Virus record (IMG/VR): IMGVR_UViG_3300014205_000011
Coordinates: 24,246-88,245 of that record
DNA: 64,000 nucleotides
Reading direction: 5' to 3' (one strand)
Source of the DNA: a virus
Taxonomy: Duplodnaviria; Caudoviricetes
The notes below the pieces were generated by a model, which was given only the letters and a program-made list of their open reading frames with translations, ran no database searches and was not told the DNA's origin. Shown in pieces: positions 50,347 to 61,037 of the stretch (position 1 is its first letter; every line of letters starts with the position of its first letter). The translations under genes were made by a program, and so were the position numbers.

Positions 50347-50805
50347 ATGAGTAAACCATTAAGTCCACAACAAAAAAAAGAATTATCAGAAAAAACTAAA
50401 GGATACAGCTCTGAGCTGTATCAAAAAATTCAAGACAACATTAAACTTATAGCAGATACAGTATTGTTAAGACCTAATATCATAACAACAACTTCATCTG
50501 GTATTCTTATAGGAGAACCTAAAGTAGCACCAATAGCAGACATAATTGCTGTAGGGCCTGAATGTAAAACTGCTAAAGCTGGTATGAAAGCTTATATCAA
50601 CTTTGTATCAGTAGGTAGCATAACTATGTGGAGACTTGATATAGATGGTAAACTATTTGTACAACTTAAAGAAAGTCAACTAATAGGAGTTTATGAAGGT
50701 TGTAACTTCTTAGAAGAAGATGTTACAGAAAATCCTGAAATTAAACCTGGTGGAGACTTAGCTTACACTTCACAACTTATAAAACCAGGAGACGCATTAA
50801 ACTAA
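50347..50805 (+). CDS. GroES-like co-chaperonin
   Basis: DTVLLRP, SSGILI, IIAVGP, LKESQLIGV. Confidence 0.75.
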   Translation: MSKPLSPQQKKELSEKTKGYSSELYQKIQDNIKLIADTVLLRPNIITTTSSGILIGEPKVAPIADIIAVGPECKTAKAGMKAYINFVSVGSITMWRLDIDGKLFVQLKESQLIGVYEGCNFLEEDVTENPEIKPGGDLAYTSQLIKPGDALN

Positions 50806-50814
50806 CCCAATACT

Positions 50815-51177
50815 ATGGAAGAGAGAAAGAAAGAAAGAACTCTAGAAGTCACATTAGATAAAGAGGACTATATGGCTGGTTTTTTAGAGACTTTAAATGG
50901 GGTAGCTAAACTTACTAAAAAGGAGAGGGATGTATTCCTCTCCTTTTGTGAGTTACAAGACAATGATAATACATTAAGTATATTATCACCTAATAATAGG
51001 GCCATCATAGCAACTAAACTTAAACAATCTAACTATAATCTTACTAACACTATTAGTCAACTAAAGAGAAAAGGAGCTTTCCTTAGAGATAAGGAATCAC
51101 AACAATATTACCTTAATCCCTTTTTAGTACCTAATACATCTGTAGTAAAGATTACTTACATTATAAACTATATATGA
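50815..51177 (+). CDS. HTH-like hypothetical protein
   Basis: IATKLKQSNYNLTNTISQLKRKG...YYLNP. Confidence 0.55.
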   Translation: MEERKKERTLEVTLDKEDYMAGFLETLNGVAKLTKKERDVFLSFCELQDNDNTLSILSPNNRAIIATKLKQSNYNLTNTISQLKRKGAFLRDKESQQYYLNPFLVPNTSVVKITYIINYI

Positions 51178-51313
51178 TAGAGTACATCTTTGATTCATGT
51201 GACAAAATGATCCTATATGGTATAGGCATTGAAAACATGTATAAGAGACATAATGTTAGTTACCGAGCTGACTATACAATAGGAGCATATTACATACTTT
51301 ATATACAAGTACA

Positions 51314-51562
51314 ATGAATAAAGTAGACAATTTAAAAGAAGAAGCAATAGAAAATACAGCTAACAAATGTAATCTTAGTATAGCAACAGTTAGCAAGATT
51401 ATAAAAGCTCAATACAATTACATACTACACAAAGCTGCAAACCTTGAAGAAGTAAAGATTAAAAGCTTTGGTACCTGGATGATAAAATCAAGTAAAAAGA
51501 ATGAAGCACTTGAAGAACTAAATAAACTTAAAGATGGATCAGAAAAAGTGGTTACAATATGA
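51314..51562 (+). CDS. HU/IHF-like DNA-binding protein
   Basis: ATVSKII...EVKIKSFGTW. Confidence 0.6.
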   Translation: MNKVDNLKEEAIENTANKCNLSIATVSKIIKAQYNYILHKAANLEEVKIKSFGTWMIKSSKKNEALEELNKLKDGSEKVVTI

Positions 51563-51716
51563 TGAAGCACTAGCTAAGATTAGGGAGTTAGAAGAAAGAA
51601 TAGAAACTATAAAAAAAGAGTTTCAAGAACAAGAGTTTAAAACCTACTTAAAACACATACAAGAAATAAAAGAGCTCACACATGGAAATGAAACTAACAA
51701 TGAATCCGATAGTTGA
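51534..51716 (+). CDS. Small coiled-coil protein
   Basis: 60 aa. Confidence 0.45.
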   Translation: MDQKKWLQYDEALAKIRELEERIETIKKEFQEQEFKTYLKHIQEIKELTHGNETNNESDS

Positions 51717-52047
51717 ACTATTTAGGATTAGAGATATAGCACATACAATACATTTAGAAACTACTAGTTATGCTGAACATAAAGCATTAGATAAGTTCTA
51801 TACTAAATGGTTAGAGTTAACAGATACATATCTTGAAAACTATCAAGGATATTTTGGTAGAGTAAAAATGACATACAAAGAAACTATACAGTTAAACATT
51901 AATAACTCTGATGCTCTTATATTAGCTGCTAACAAACTGATTGAAAAACTTAAACTTAGACATCCAGATTCATCAGGTTTAAACAATATATTAGATGAAT
52001 TCTTTAACTTAATAGACGAAACTAAATATTTACTTACACTAAAATGA
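51682..52047 (+). CDS. Ferritin-like four-helix protein (DUF5856-like)
   Basis: AHTIHLETTSYAEHKALDKFY...ENYQGYFGR...YLLTLK. Confidence 0.75.
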   Translation: MEMKLTMNPIVELFRIRDIAHTIHLETTSYAEHKALDKFYTKWLELTDTYLENYQGYFGRVKMTYKETIQLNINNSDALILAANKLIEKLKLRHPDSSGLNNILDEFFNLIDETKYLLTLK

Positions 52048-53339
52048 AAGTAATAGATATATACACTATTCAAGGATTAGGTAAAAATCAGTATCATATG
52101 AATACACCATTTATACAGTGCACTGATTCTAGAGAAATAGATGACCATCCTCATGCTCTTGATATTTACAACCGATGCAAAAAAGTAATAATGACTCATA
52201 TAAAAGATTTAGAAACAGGAGAAAATTATTCTGCTGCTTCAGGAATTTGGCATATAATGCCAGTTGACATATGGGAAAATAAAGATTATTTAGTAACTAC
52301 AAAACTTATTAACACACTTGATTTTCAAACATGTTATAAAATGTTTGGGTCTTGTCCACATGCTTTAGCCCCTTGGATTGACAAAGAATGTACTACAAAA
52401 CAATTGCCAATGCGTACAGCAACTATAGGTTATACAAAAGAAGAAAAAGACGCTTTAACTATAAAATGGAAAGGTAGTTTATGATACTATTTGAAGTAGA
52501 TGATAATAATGTAATTAGAATTACTCCTGAAGTAAGGATGATAAAAGCCTTTAAACAGATCATAGAACGTGATAAAGGTAGTAAAGGTGATCATGATGGA
52601 AGACATAAGAAACATGCTATGAAAGAGTTATGTTTTGTTTATCATATGTGTGATGTTAAAAGCTCTTATCAAAGAATACCTGAATCAGATAGAGAAGAAA
52701 CTATTATAGATGACTTAGGATTAGAGAAATGGAAACCTGATGAGTTAGTAAAAGAAGCTATGCTAAAGTATTCTAGCTTAAAAGAAACAGTTTCAGAAAG
52801 AACTCTTAAGGAGATGAAGAGGACACTAGAGTCTTGTGTAGATACTATACAATTTCTTAGAGAAAGTATAGAAACTAAGATTAAAGACATGAAACAGAAT
52901 AAAGACTCTAGTCAATTGCCTGATCTTGTTACATTATTTAGTACTACTCTTACTATGGCTAAAGATTTACCTAAAAACATAAAAGATATATCTGACTTAG
53001 AACAAAGAGTAAGGAAAGAACAAATGGAAGCAGAAGGTAATATAAGGGGGGATGGGTCAGTTGGTTTCTTTGAAAAATAACTAATTAATAATCATGATAT
53101 TAAATAAATATATAACAACTATAAGAGCTTTAGATCCTAAAGATATGGAATTAAAATCTTGGGATGGCCCCATCATAACAGCTTGCTCTTTAACAGAAGC
53201 TATTAGATATGCTAATAATAATGGTTTAGGTTACTGTCGTATAAATGGAGATATATTAGTAGATGTAATATCTTTTGATGAAAGTCCTACAGAAGCAGTT
53301 ACTAATGAAGAAGGCCAAAAAGGAATAATAGATATATAA
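52044..53339 (+). CDS. Pre-terminase genes (52044-52484; 52481-53080, possible small terminase; 53094-53339)
   Basis: Position before terL; 52481 is helical and ends GDGSVGFFEK. Confidence 0.5.
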
Positions 53340-53342
53340 CAA

Positions 53343-55316
53343 ATGTTTAACGCAGATATATTAGAGTTTACAGCAGCTAGGCAAAAGTTTAAAGAAGAAG
53401 GAGCTTATACTAAAGCTATTGCAGGTACAAGAGCTTTCTTTAACTTTTGGAATGAAGAGACTAGAAGATGTTTAGAAGGTTATCATACAGGTAGAGATTA
53501 CATACCTGGATATTTTTACTTTTATTTGAATTACTCTCCCATTTACAAAGTAAGTTATGACATTAATCAAGCAGTTACTGCTGGTAGTAATATAACTGGT
53601 GAAAGAGGATTTGACTTTGCTGATTTCTGGGACTCAGATTATAGCTATTTTCACTACCTTGATGAAGCTCAAAAAGCAGGACAACATGGTTCAGTGCTTA
53701 AAGCAAGGGGTAGAGGGTATTCATTTAAAGGAGGATCTATGCTTAATAGAAATTTTTTTTTAAAGAAAGGCTCTAAAAATTATGTGTATGCAGAGTCTGA
53801 ACAGTTCTTGACTAAAGATGGTATTTTAAATAAAGCATGGGATATGATGGGCTTTATAGATACTCATACAGCATGGACTAAAATGAGACAGTATAAAGAT
53901 ACTGATTTTCATAAAAGAGCTAGTTATCAACTTAGAAAAGAAGGTAGGGTAACTGAAGCAGGTTATAAGTCTGAAATAATAGGTGTAATTGTTGATGATA
54001 GTAAAAAGGTTAGGGGCAAGCGTGGAGATTTAATATTATGGGAAGAAGCAGGAGAGTTTAAAAATCTATTAAAATGCTGGCAAGTAGCTAGACCTTCTAT
54101 GGAACAAGGTAAAGTTACATTTGGAATGATGGTAGCATTTGGTACAGGTGGATCTGTTGAAGATGCAAGTAAAGGACTTGAAGATTTGTTTTATAATCCT
54201 GGTGCTTATAATATTAGAGGTGTGCCTAATGTATGGGAAGAAGGATTAGAAGAAACTAAAACAGGTTTGTTTATACCAGCATATCTTAACATGACTGGAT
54301 ATATAGACCAATATGGAAACTCTAATACAGAAGCTGCCAAAACAGAACTACTTGTTAAACGAGACATACTTAAAAAAGAAGCTAAAGATCCAGCAGCATT
54401 TACTAATGCTATAGCTGAAGATCCTTTTACACCTTCTGAAGCATTTTTACAATCTAATAACAACATATTTCCTATAGCAGAATTGTCAGCATGGGAAAAG
54501 AAATTACTCAACTCTCCCAAAGATAGAGGATTTGAATTATGCGGTTCTTTTACTCATGATGAAGGTAAAATCAAGTTTAACCTTGACGATTCTAAACCTA
54601 TATATGAATTTCCTATCAAGAAAGATGCTGATAAGACAGGCACTACTGTTATATATAACATGCCTTATAAAGATGACAAAGGTAATACTCCTGCTAACAT
54701 GTATTACATATGTCATGACCCTTATGCACAAGATGGGGAAGGTATGAGTTTAGGTGCAGCTTATGTAATGATCAGGATGAATAACCTTAGAAAACCTGAT
54801 GATTGTATAGTTGCAAGCTATGTAGCTAGACCTAGTAGCATGGATGAGTACAATAGAAACTTGTTTATGTTAGCAGAGTTTTATAATGCTAAAATAGGAT
54901 TTGAAAATGACCGAGGTGATGTAATTAGTTATGCTAAAAGATTTAAGAAACTTGAATGGTTACAAGAAGAGTTTAAGTTACCTGATACTAAAGAACTTCA
55001 ATCTAATAGAAATAGAAGTTTTGGTATGCACATGACAGATAGAAGAAAAGAAACAGGTGAAATCTATTTAAGAGATTGGTTATTAACAGAAAGAAGTGTA
55101 GATGAAAGTGGAAATAAAATTCTAACTTTGCATACGATATATGATGTAGGTTTAATTAGAGAACTTATTAAATACAATAGAAAGACTAACTCAGATAGGG
55201 TGAGTGCAATGTTAGTAGGTATGTTCTTTGATAGGGAACTTATTCATAAACAGTTAAGACAAACAAGAATAGAGAAAGATCCTAATTCTTTCTTTGAAAG
55301 AAACTATAAATCATGA
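53343..55316 (+). CDS. Terminase large subunit
   Basis: LKARGRGYSFK, LWEEAGEF, FGTGG, CHDPY, GFENDR, SDRVSA. Confidence 0.93.
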   Translation: MFNADILEFTAARQKFKEEGAYTKAIAGTRAFFNFWNEETRRCLEGYHTGRDYIPGYFYFYLNYSPIYKVSYDINQAVTAGSNITGERGFDFADFWDSDYSYFHYLDEAQKAGQHGSVLKARGRGYSFKGGSMLNRNFFLKKGSKNYVYAESEQFLTKDGILNKAWDMMGFIDTHTAWTKMRQYKDTDFHKRASYQLRKEGRVTEAGYKSEIIGVIVDDSKKVRGKRGDLILWEEAGEFKNLLKCWQVARPSMEQGKVTFGMMVAFGTGGSVEDASKGLEDLFYNPGAYNIRGVPNVWEEGLEETKTGLFIPAYLNMTGYIDQYGNSNTEAAKTELLVKRDILKKEAKDPAAFTNAIAEDPFTPSEAFLQSNNNIFPIAELSAWEKKLLNSPKDRGFELCGSFTHDEGKIKFNLDDSKPIYEFPIKKDADKTGTTVIYNMPYKDDKGNTPANMYYICHDPYAQDGEGMSLGAAYVMIRMNNLRKPDDCIVASYVARPSSMDEYNRNLFMLAEFYNAKIGFENDRGDVISYAKRFKKLEWLQEEFKLPDTKELQSNRNRSFGMHMTDRRKETGEIYLRDWLLTERSVDESGNKILTLHTIYDVGLIRELIKYNRKTNSDRVSAMLVGMFFDRELIHKQLRQTRIEKDPNSFFERNYKS

Positions 55317-57547
55317 ACCAAATACCAAATCAAGCAGTACCCTTCAAATCTAAAGATAAAAACTTTATCATAAAAACAGTAGATGCAATTATATCAATGA
55401 GTGAATGTAATACAGGTGGTAGAAAGTATCTACTTAAAACACTGTATGATGCTTATTCTGGCAATATAAATGCAGAAGCTTATTCTTATGTAACTCAAGC
55501 ATATGGACAAAATGCAGATAACTTTCCTGCTAAACTTAGTAACTGGAACATACTTAAACCTGTAATAGATAGGTTAGTAGGTGAAAAGATACAAAGACCT
55601 TTTATCTACCAAGTAACATCTGTTAACTCTGATATACAAAGTCTTAAAGAAGAACAAGTTAAACAATTAGCTACGCAGAGTTTGTATCAAATGTTTGCTA
55701 ATGAATTAGCTAACAAAGGCATGGATACTAATCAGCAAGAAGTACAAGAACCTCAACAGATTAAAGACTTTGTAAATGCTAACTATAAAGATGAAAGAGC
55801 AATATTAGGTCAACAAGCTATGGATTACATAGTAGCTTATAATGAATTTGTAGAGAAAAACAAAAAAGGGTTTTTTGACTTATGTGCAGCAGGTGAAGCA
55901 TATACATATAGAGGTATTGAACATGATGAGCCTATATTTGACATAGTTAACCCATTAGAAATAGATTACCAAAGAGATCCTAATAAAGACTATGTAGAAG
56001 ATGCGGATTGGGTAATACATTATACATTATGTACTCCATCCTCTATCAACTCTAAATTTTATGATGATCCTGATTATACTAAAGATATTGTAGATGAATT
56101 TGAAAATCCTCAGCAAATAACTAGCAGTTACCCTTTTTCTATATATAGTTCAACTACAAGTAGCGCTAACCCTTATCTTATACAAAGACTTATACCTGTT
56201 GTACATATAGTATGGCAAAGCAAGCAAAAAATAGGCACATTAAGATATATAGATGAATATGGACAACGACAAGAAATGATTGTACCAGAAGATTACCCCC
56301 AACTACCTGATGAAGATATAGAATGGGTATGGGTAAATCAGCCTTGGGAAGCATACAAAGTATATGATAAATATTACTTTAGAGCTAGGCCAATACCTGA
56401 ATGTTCCCTTACCAAGAATAATATAGCACTTAGGAAATTACCTTACAATGGAAGAATGTATTCTAATAGGAATACTATCAATACTAGTTTAATAAGTATA
56501 GGACTGCCATACCAAATTACATATAACATTTATAAGTACAGGTATGAACTTATGATTGCTAAAGCTAAAGGTATAATAGGTGTATTAGACTTACAAGCTA
56601 AACCAGCAGATTGGGATTTAGATAAATGGTTACATTACATAGAGTCTATGAACCTTATGATAGTAGACTATTCTGATAAAGAAAGAACTGTTCTTAATCC
56701 TACTCAAAAGACTCAAATAGACATGAGCCTAGGTAACTTTATAGATAAGTTTGAAATATTACTTGCCAGTATAAAAACTGAATGGGAAAGTTTATGTGGT
56801 GTAACTAGACAAAGACAAGGACAAATTAATTCTAATGAGTTAGTAGGTAATGTTGAAGCAGCTATATACCAAAGTTCTGCTATTACTGAGAGTTTATTTA
56901 CTGACTATTCTAACCTTGAAAGAAGAGATTTACAATATCTTATTGATTTAAGCCAAATCTGTTGGGTAAATGGTAAGAAAGCTAGTTTCATTACCCATGA
57001 TGGTAGACAAAGTTTCCTTAACATAGATGGGCCAACTTATGCTAATGCTGAATATGGAACATTTGTAAACAACACTTCAAAAGAATATAGAAAGTTAGAA
57101 ATAGCTAGAAATAATGCCCAAGCTTTTATACAAAATGGATTAGGTGCTTCTGCTGCTTTAGAGATACTAGACTCTGATAACTTTGCCGAAATTAAACTAA
57201 AAGTAAAAGATGCAGAACAAGCAGCTCAACAATTACAAGAACAAATGGCTAAAATAGAAAAAGATACTAAACTTGCAATAGAAGATAAGGTTGCCCAAAG
57301 AGAAGAAGAAGAAAGAGCATTCCTAGCTTCAGAAGGTAACCTTAACAGGATTAACAAAATAGAAGTAGCTACTATTACTAGTTTAGGATTTGGTAAAGAT
57401 CAAGATGCTGATAATGATGGTCAACTAGATATATTAGAACAAAGAAAACTAGCTTTACAAGAAAGAAAACAAGCTTTTGATGAAGTAGTAAAATCAAAAG
57501 AGTTGCAAATCAAGGAAAAAGTAGCTAATAAACTAAAGAATAAGTGA
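55313..57547 (+). CDS. Portal protein
   Basis: 744 aa after terL; NILKPVIDRLVGE, GVTRQRQGQI. Confidence 0.9.
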   Translation: MNQIPNQAVPFKSKDKNFIIKTVDAIISMSECNTGGRKYLLKTLYDAYSGNINAEAYSYVTQAYGQNADNFPAKLSNWNILKPVIDRLVGEKIQRPFIYQVTSVNSDIQSLKEEQVKQLATQSLYQMFANELANKGMDTNQQEVQEPQQIKDFVNANYKDERAILGQQAMDYIVAYNEFVEKNKKGFFDLCAAGEAYTYRGIEHDEPIFDIVNPLEIDYQRDPNKDYVEDADWVIHYTLCTPSSINSKFYDDPDYTKDIVDEFENPQQITSSYPFSIYSSTTSSANPYLIQRLIPVVHIVWQSKQKIGTLRYIDEYGQRQEMIVPEDYPQLPDEDIEWVWVNQPWEAYKVYDKYYFRARPIPECSLTKNNIALRKLPYNGRMYSNRNTINTSLISIGLPYQITYNIYKYRYELMIAKAKGIIGVLDLQAKPADWDLDKWLHYIESMNLMIVDYSDKERTVLNPTQKTQIDMSLGNFIDKFEILLASIKTEWESLCGVTRQRQGQINSNELVGNVEAAIYQSSAITESLFTDYSNLERRDLQYLIDLSQICWVNGKKASFITHDGRQSFLNIDGPTYANAEYGTFVNNTSKEYRKLEIARNNAQAFIQNGLGASAALEILDSDNFAEIKLKVKDAEQAAQQLQEQMAKIEKDTKLAIEDKVAQREEEERAFLASEGNLNRINKIEVATITSLGFGKDQDADNDGQLDILEQRKLALQERKQAFDEVVKSKELQIKEKVANKLKNK

Positions 57548-57623
57548 TATACTTAATTGAGACATTTTACAAAATCAGCTAAGTTGTTATATATTAATCA
57601 ATCAACTAAATTTGAATAGACAT

Positions 57624-58697
57624 ATGAAAAAAGAGAACGAAGAAATTGCTAAACCTAACTTATCACCTGAAGCATTTATGCAAAGTGTAATAGGTAGTGA
57701 AACAGTAATTGAAGACCCAAAAGAAACAAAGGAGCCTGAGGAACTTCCTGGATCAAAAGAACCTGAAGATATTTCAACTATTCTTCCAAAGAAAGAAGAA
57801 GTTGTTACTAAAGAGGAAGTTGAGGAAGAAGAACAAGAACCAGTTGAAGAAACAGTAGCTGAAATGTTACTGAAAGCTACGGGTTATGAAATTGATGAAA
57901 CACTTACTGATGACATTGATGGATTAATCAAAGGTGCTGAAATTATAGCTGAAAAAATGGCTCAAGAAAGAATTGAAGAGTTCTTGTCCAGCAATGAAGA
58001 GATTAAAAAGTTTGTAGACTTTATACAAGAAGGTGGAGATGTAAGCAAATACATTAAAGCTGCTAGTCCTGATGTAAGATATGATGAGATAGATATAACA
58101 GATCAATCTGCTCAAAAGAAACTTATTACAGATTATCTTAGGAAACAAGATTTTGATAAAGATGAAATTGCTGAGTATGTAAAGGACTATGAAGACTCTA
58201 ATGTACTTGAAAAACAAGCTAAATTAGCACAAAAATGGCTAGTAAGTGAACAGAAAAAAGAAAAAGAAGCAGTCATACAAGAGCAAAAAGCTATAAAAGC
58301 TAAACAAGAAGAACAAGCTCAACAAGTATGGAAAAACATAGAAACTACACTAGACAAAGATAACCTTGCTGGTATTCCTTTACCTAAGAAAGAAAAGGAT
58401 AGTTTTAAAAAGTTCTTAACTGAAACAGATAAAGAAGGTAAATCCGTAAGGGTGCAAAAGTATAATCAGTTAAATCTTGAAGAAAGGTTAATGCTTGATT
58501 ACATATTATATAAAGGTGTTGGCAGTCTAAAATCATTAGTTGATAATATGGCTACAACTAAAAAGGTAACAGATTTAAAACAAATCCTTGCTAAAAGTAA
58601 AGGAACAGGAACAGCTTCAGGAAGCTTTAAAGAACCAGAAAGTAATAACAAGAAACCTGATCTCAGTCCTGGAGCGTTCACAAGAATAACAAACTAA
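57624..58697 (+). CDS. Capsid scaffolding/assembly protein (ATG start likely at 57624)
   Basis: Acidic Glu/Pro-rich N-terminus plus coiled coil, between portal and MCP. Confidence 0.75.
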   Translation: MKKENEEIAKPNLSPEAFMQSVIGSETVIEDPKETKEPEELPGSKEPEDISTILPKKEEVVTKEEVEEEEQEPVEETVAEMLLKATGYEIDETLTDDIDGLIKGAEIIAEKMAQERIEEFLSSNEEIKKFVDFIQEGGDVSKYIKAASPDVRYDEIDITDQSAQKKLITDYLRKQDFDKDEIAEYVKDYEDSNVLEKQAKLAQKWLVSEQKKEKEAVIQEQKAIKAKQEEQAQQVWKNIETTLDKDNLAGIPLPKKEKDSFKKFLTETDKEGKSVRVQKYNQLNLEERLMLDYILYKGVGSLKSLVDNMATTKKVTDLKQILAKSKGTGTASGSFKEPESNNKKPDLSPGAFTRITN

Positions 58698-58707
58698 ATA
58701 AACAACA

Positions 58708-60159
58708 ATGAGACTCTACTCAGACTTTTTTAATGGAACAGGTGTAACTACAGACAATGCATTAGCAAATGCAATGATGATTGCACCTGAACAAATTTCC
58801 CCAATGCTTACCTATTTAACAGGTAAAGAATTTGAAAACATGCCTATTACTATGACCACAGAAGGAACTGCTGGTACAGGCACTAATGGCCAATCTCCTG
58901 CTGTAGTAAGGATTAGTGGTGACATCTATGATTACAATGTTATCTCTCGACAAGATAAAGTTGTACCTATTGCTGTTACTGTAACTACTGCTAATGTAGG
59001 TATAGGCCACCAACCATTTACACTTACTTTTGCTGAAAGATGGTTTATTAAAAGTTATGTAATTGTAGGTGAATCTGGTACACAGATACGCATCATGCAA
59101 GAACCTGTACAAAAAGGTAGTTACTGGCAATACAATTGTCAATTAATAGACCCTAATCCACTAGCAACTTTACCTAGTTCAGACTTGGTACAAGGCAAAT
59201 CATTTGGACAACTTTATGCACCTGTAGGACAAGATTTCTCTAGAGGTAACGCATCTAACTGGGTAGCACCTTCTAAAATTAGACACCGTATTGGTACTTT
59301 TAGGAAAAGCTATTCTTGGTCAGGTTCTGCTGATAAAAGGTACATGTGGCTAGATTACAATGCTAAACCAGGTGAAGGGGCTAATAAGCTTTGGATGGAG
59401 TATGAAGAGTTTAGGCATTACAAAATGTGGAAAAAAGAGTGTGAGCATTACTACTGGTATGGACAACAATCTTATGATGATAAGATGAACACCCACTTGT
59501 TTGATCAAGATGCTAACAACTCACCTATTATCATAGGCCCTGGTCTACTTGAACAAGTAGTTAACAAAGATACTTACACTCAGCTAACAGCTAACCAGCT
59601 TAAAACTATTGTAAGGAACGTAATGTATGGTATGACAGATACCATGAAAATGCAAATTACCTTGTACACTGGTATTGGTGGAGCTGAAGAGTTTGACAAT
59701 GCTATGAAAGATGAGCTTGGTTCAAGAGCTTACATTAAAGTAGATGATGGTAACTTTGTATACGGTGAGGGTAGAAACCTTAGCTTAGGTGGGTTCTTTA
59801 CCCAATACCAACACATAGATGGTCACGTAATAAATGTAGTTAAAAATCCTGCATTTGACTTTTCTAACAAATCTATAGTAGGTGCTAAACACCCTGTAAC
59901 AGGTCTTTCACTAGAGTCTTACAGAATGGTGTTTGTAGACCACTCTCTGTATGATGGTGCTCCCAATGTACAAATGGTAGTAAGAGAAGGTAGAGAACTA
60001 AGGTGGGGAGTAGCAGGTTCAACTGTACCTAGAGGATTCCAAGATTCTAATCTTAGGGCTTCTGATATAGATGGTTGCTCAGTTCACTTCTTACAACAAA
60101 AAGGTATAGTACTTAGAAGGTTTACAACTTCTATAGACTTGCAATGTGTAGCTTCTTAA
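58708..60159 (+). CDS. Major capsid protein (crAss-type)
   Basis: 483 aa; LYTGIGGAEEFDNAMK, GFFTQYQHIDGH, followed by a terminator. Confidence 0.92.
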   Translation: MRLYSDFFNGTGVTTDNALANAMMIAPEQISPMLTYLTGKEFENMPITMTTEGTAGTGTNGQSPAVVRISGDIYDYNVISRQDKVVPIAVTVTTANVGIGHQPFTLTFAERWFIKSYVIVGESGTQIRIMQEPVQKGSYWQYNCQLIDPNPLATLPSSDLVQGKSFGQLYAPVGQDFSRGNASNWVAPSKIRHRIGTFRKSYSWSGSADKRYMWLDYNAKPGEGANKLWMEYEEFRHYKMWKKECEHYYWYGQQSYDDKMNTHLFDQDANNSPIIIGPGLLEQVVNKDTYTQLTANQLKTIVRNVMYGMTDTMKMQITLYTGIGGAEEFDNAMKDELGSRAYIKVDDGNFVYGEGRNLSLGGFFTQYQHIDGHVINVVKNPAFDFSNKSIVGAKHPVTGLSLESYRMVFVDHSLYDGAPNVQMVVREGRELRWGVAGSTVPRGFQDSNLRASDIDGCSVHFLQQKGIVLRRFTTSIDLQCVAS

Positions 60160-60170
60160 TAATTTAATAC

Positions 60171-60196
60171 AAGGGGACTAACCATCCCCTTTTTTT
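60171..60196 (+). terminator. Intrinsic terminator after the MCP
   Basis: AAGGGGA/TCCCCTT followed by a T run. Confidence 0.85.
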
Positions 60197-60206
60197 CAAT
60201 AGATTT

Positions 60207-61037
60207 ATGAGTAAAAGAGAGATAACAAAGAAAATCGTAAGAATTCACTTAAAAGAGTTTCATGGTGAAAATTTACCTGCTGATGTATTAGCAGATGTTA
60301 AAAGAGGTTTAAGTCCTACTTTTGTAGACAAGAAAATAGCTAAAGGTATTACACAAGAAGAAGAGGATTATCTTCTACCTTTAATATTAGAAACTAATAG
60401 AAATGATCCTAACTACTTTAAAGAAGTTAAGAACTTTTGGAACACAGTAAGTGCTTCTGTAAAATATTCAACTGGTATAACACTAGATGTATCAACAGAT
60501 CAAGATGGTCATCCTATTAATCCTAAAGACTACATTCTTTACAAAAGAGCACTTATATCAGCTAATGTAGCTAAAAGTAGAGAAGAAGTAAACAAAGGTA
60601 ATTATTGGTTTTACATACACGATGAAGAAGAAAGCAAAATTAAAACCAATGCTAGCATCAAAGCACTTACTACTGCAACACAACTTTATCTTAAATATGA
60701 TGAAGATGAGCCTACAATAGATATGTTGCTATGGATGTTTGGTGAAAACCCTGCTCTATATGAAGACTTTGTAAGTAAAAAGAATGAACTGTTTGAGTAC
60801 ATTAAGGGATCACCTGAGAAGTTTATTGACTACTGTCAAGATCCTAACCTTACAATTAAGTCTGAAATATACGCTATGATATATGCTGGTATAATTAGAA
60901 AAGCTGGTGATACAATGCTGTATTCAGATTACACACTTGGAGATAACATGCAAGATGCAGTAGCTTTTTTCAAAGATGGTAAAAGTTCTCAAATAGTTAA
61001 CAACATGAAATCAGAGCTTAAAAAAGCTCGTAAATAG
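60207..61037 (+). CDS. Conserved crAss structural-module protein
   Basis: GHPINPKDYILYKRAL; directly after the MCP. Confidence 0.7.
   Translation: MSKREITKKIVRIHLKEFHGENLPADVLADVKRGLSPTFVDKKIAKGITQEEEDYLLPLILETNRNDPNYFKEVKNFWNTVSASVKYSTGITLDVSTDQDGHPINPKDYILYKRALISANVAKSREEVNKGNYWFYIHDEEESKIKTNASIKALTTATQLYLKYDEDEPTIDMLLWMFGENPALYEDFVSKKNELFEYIKGSPEKFIDYCQDPNLTIKSEIYAMIYAGIIRKAGDTMLYSDYTLGDNMQDAVAFFKDGKSSQIVNNMKSELKKARK

Noticed and set aside
57612-57623. TTG start for the scaffold gene
   Set aside because: Overlaps a TAAATTTG promoter-like element; the ATG at 57624 is more plausible
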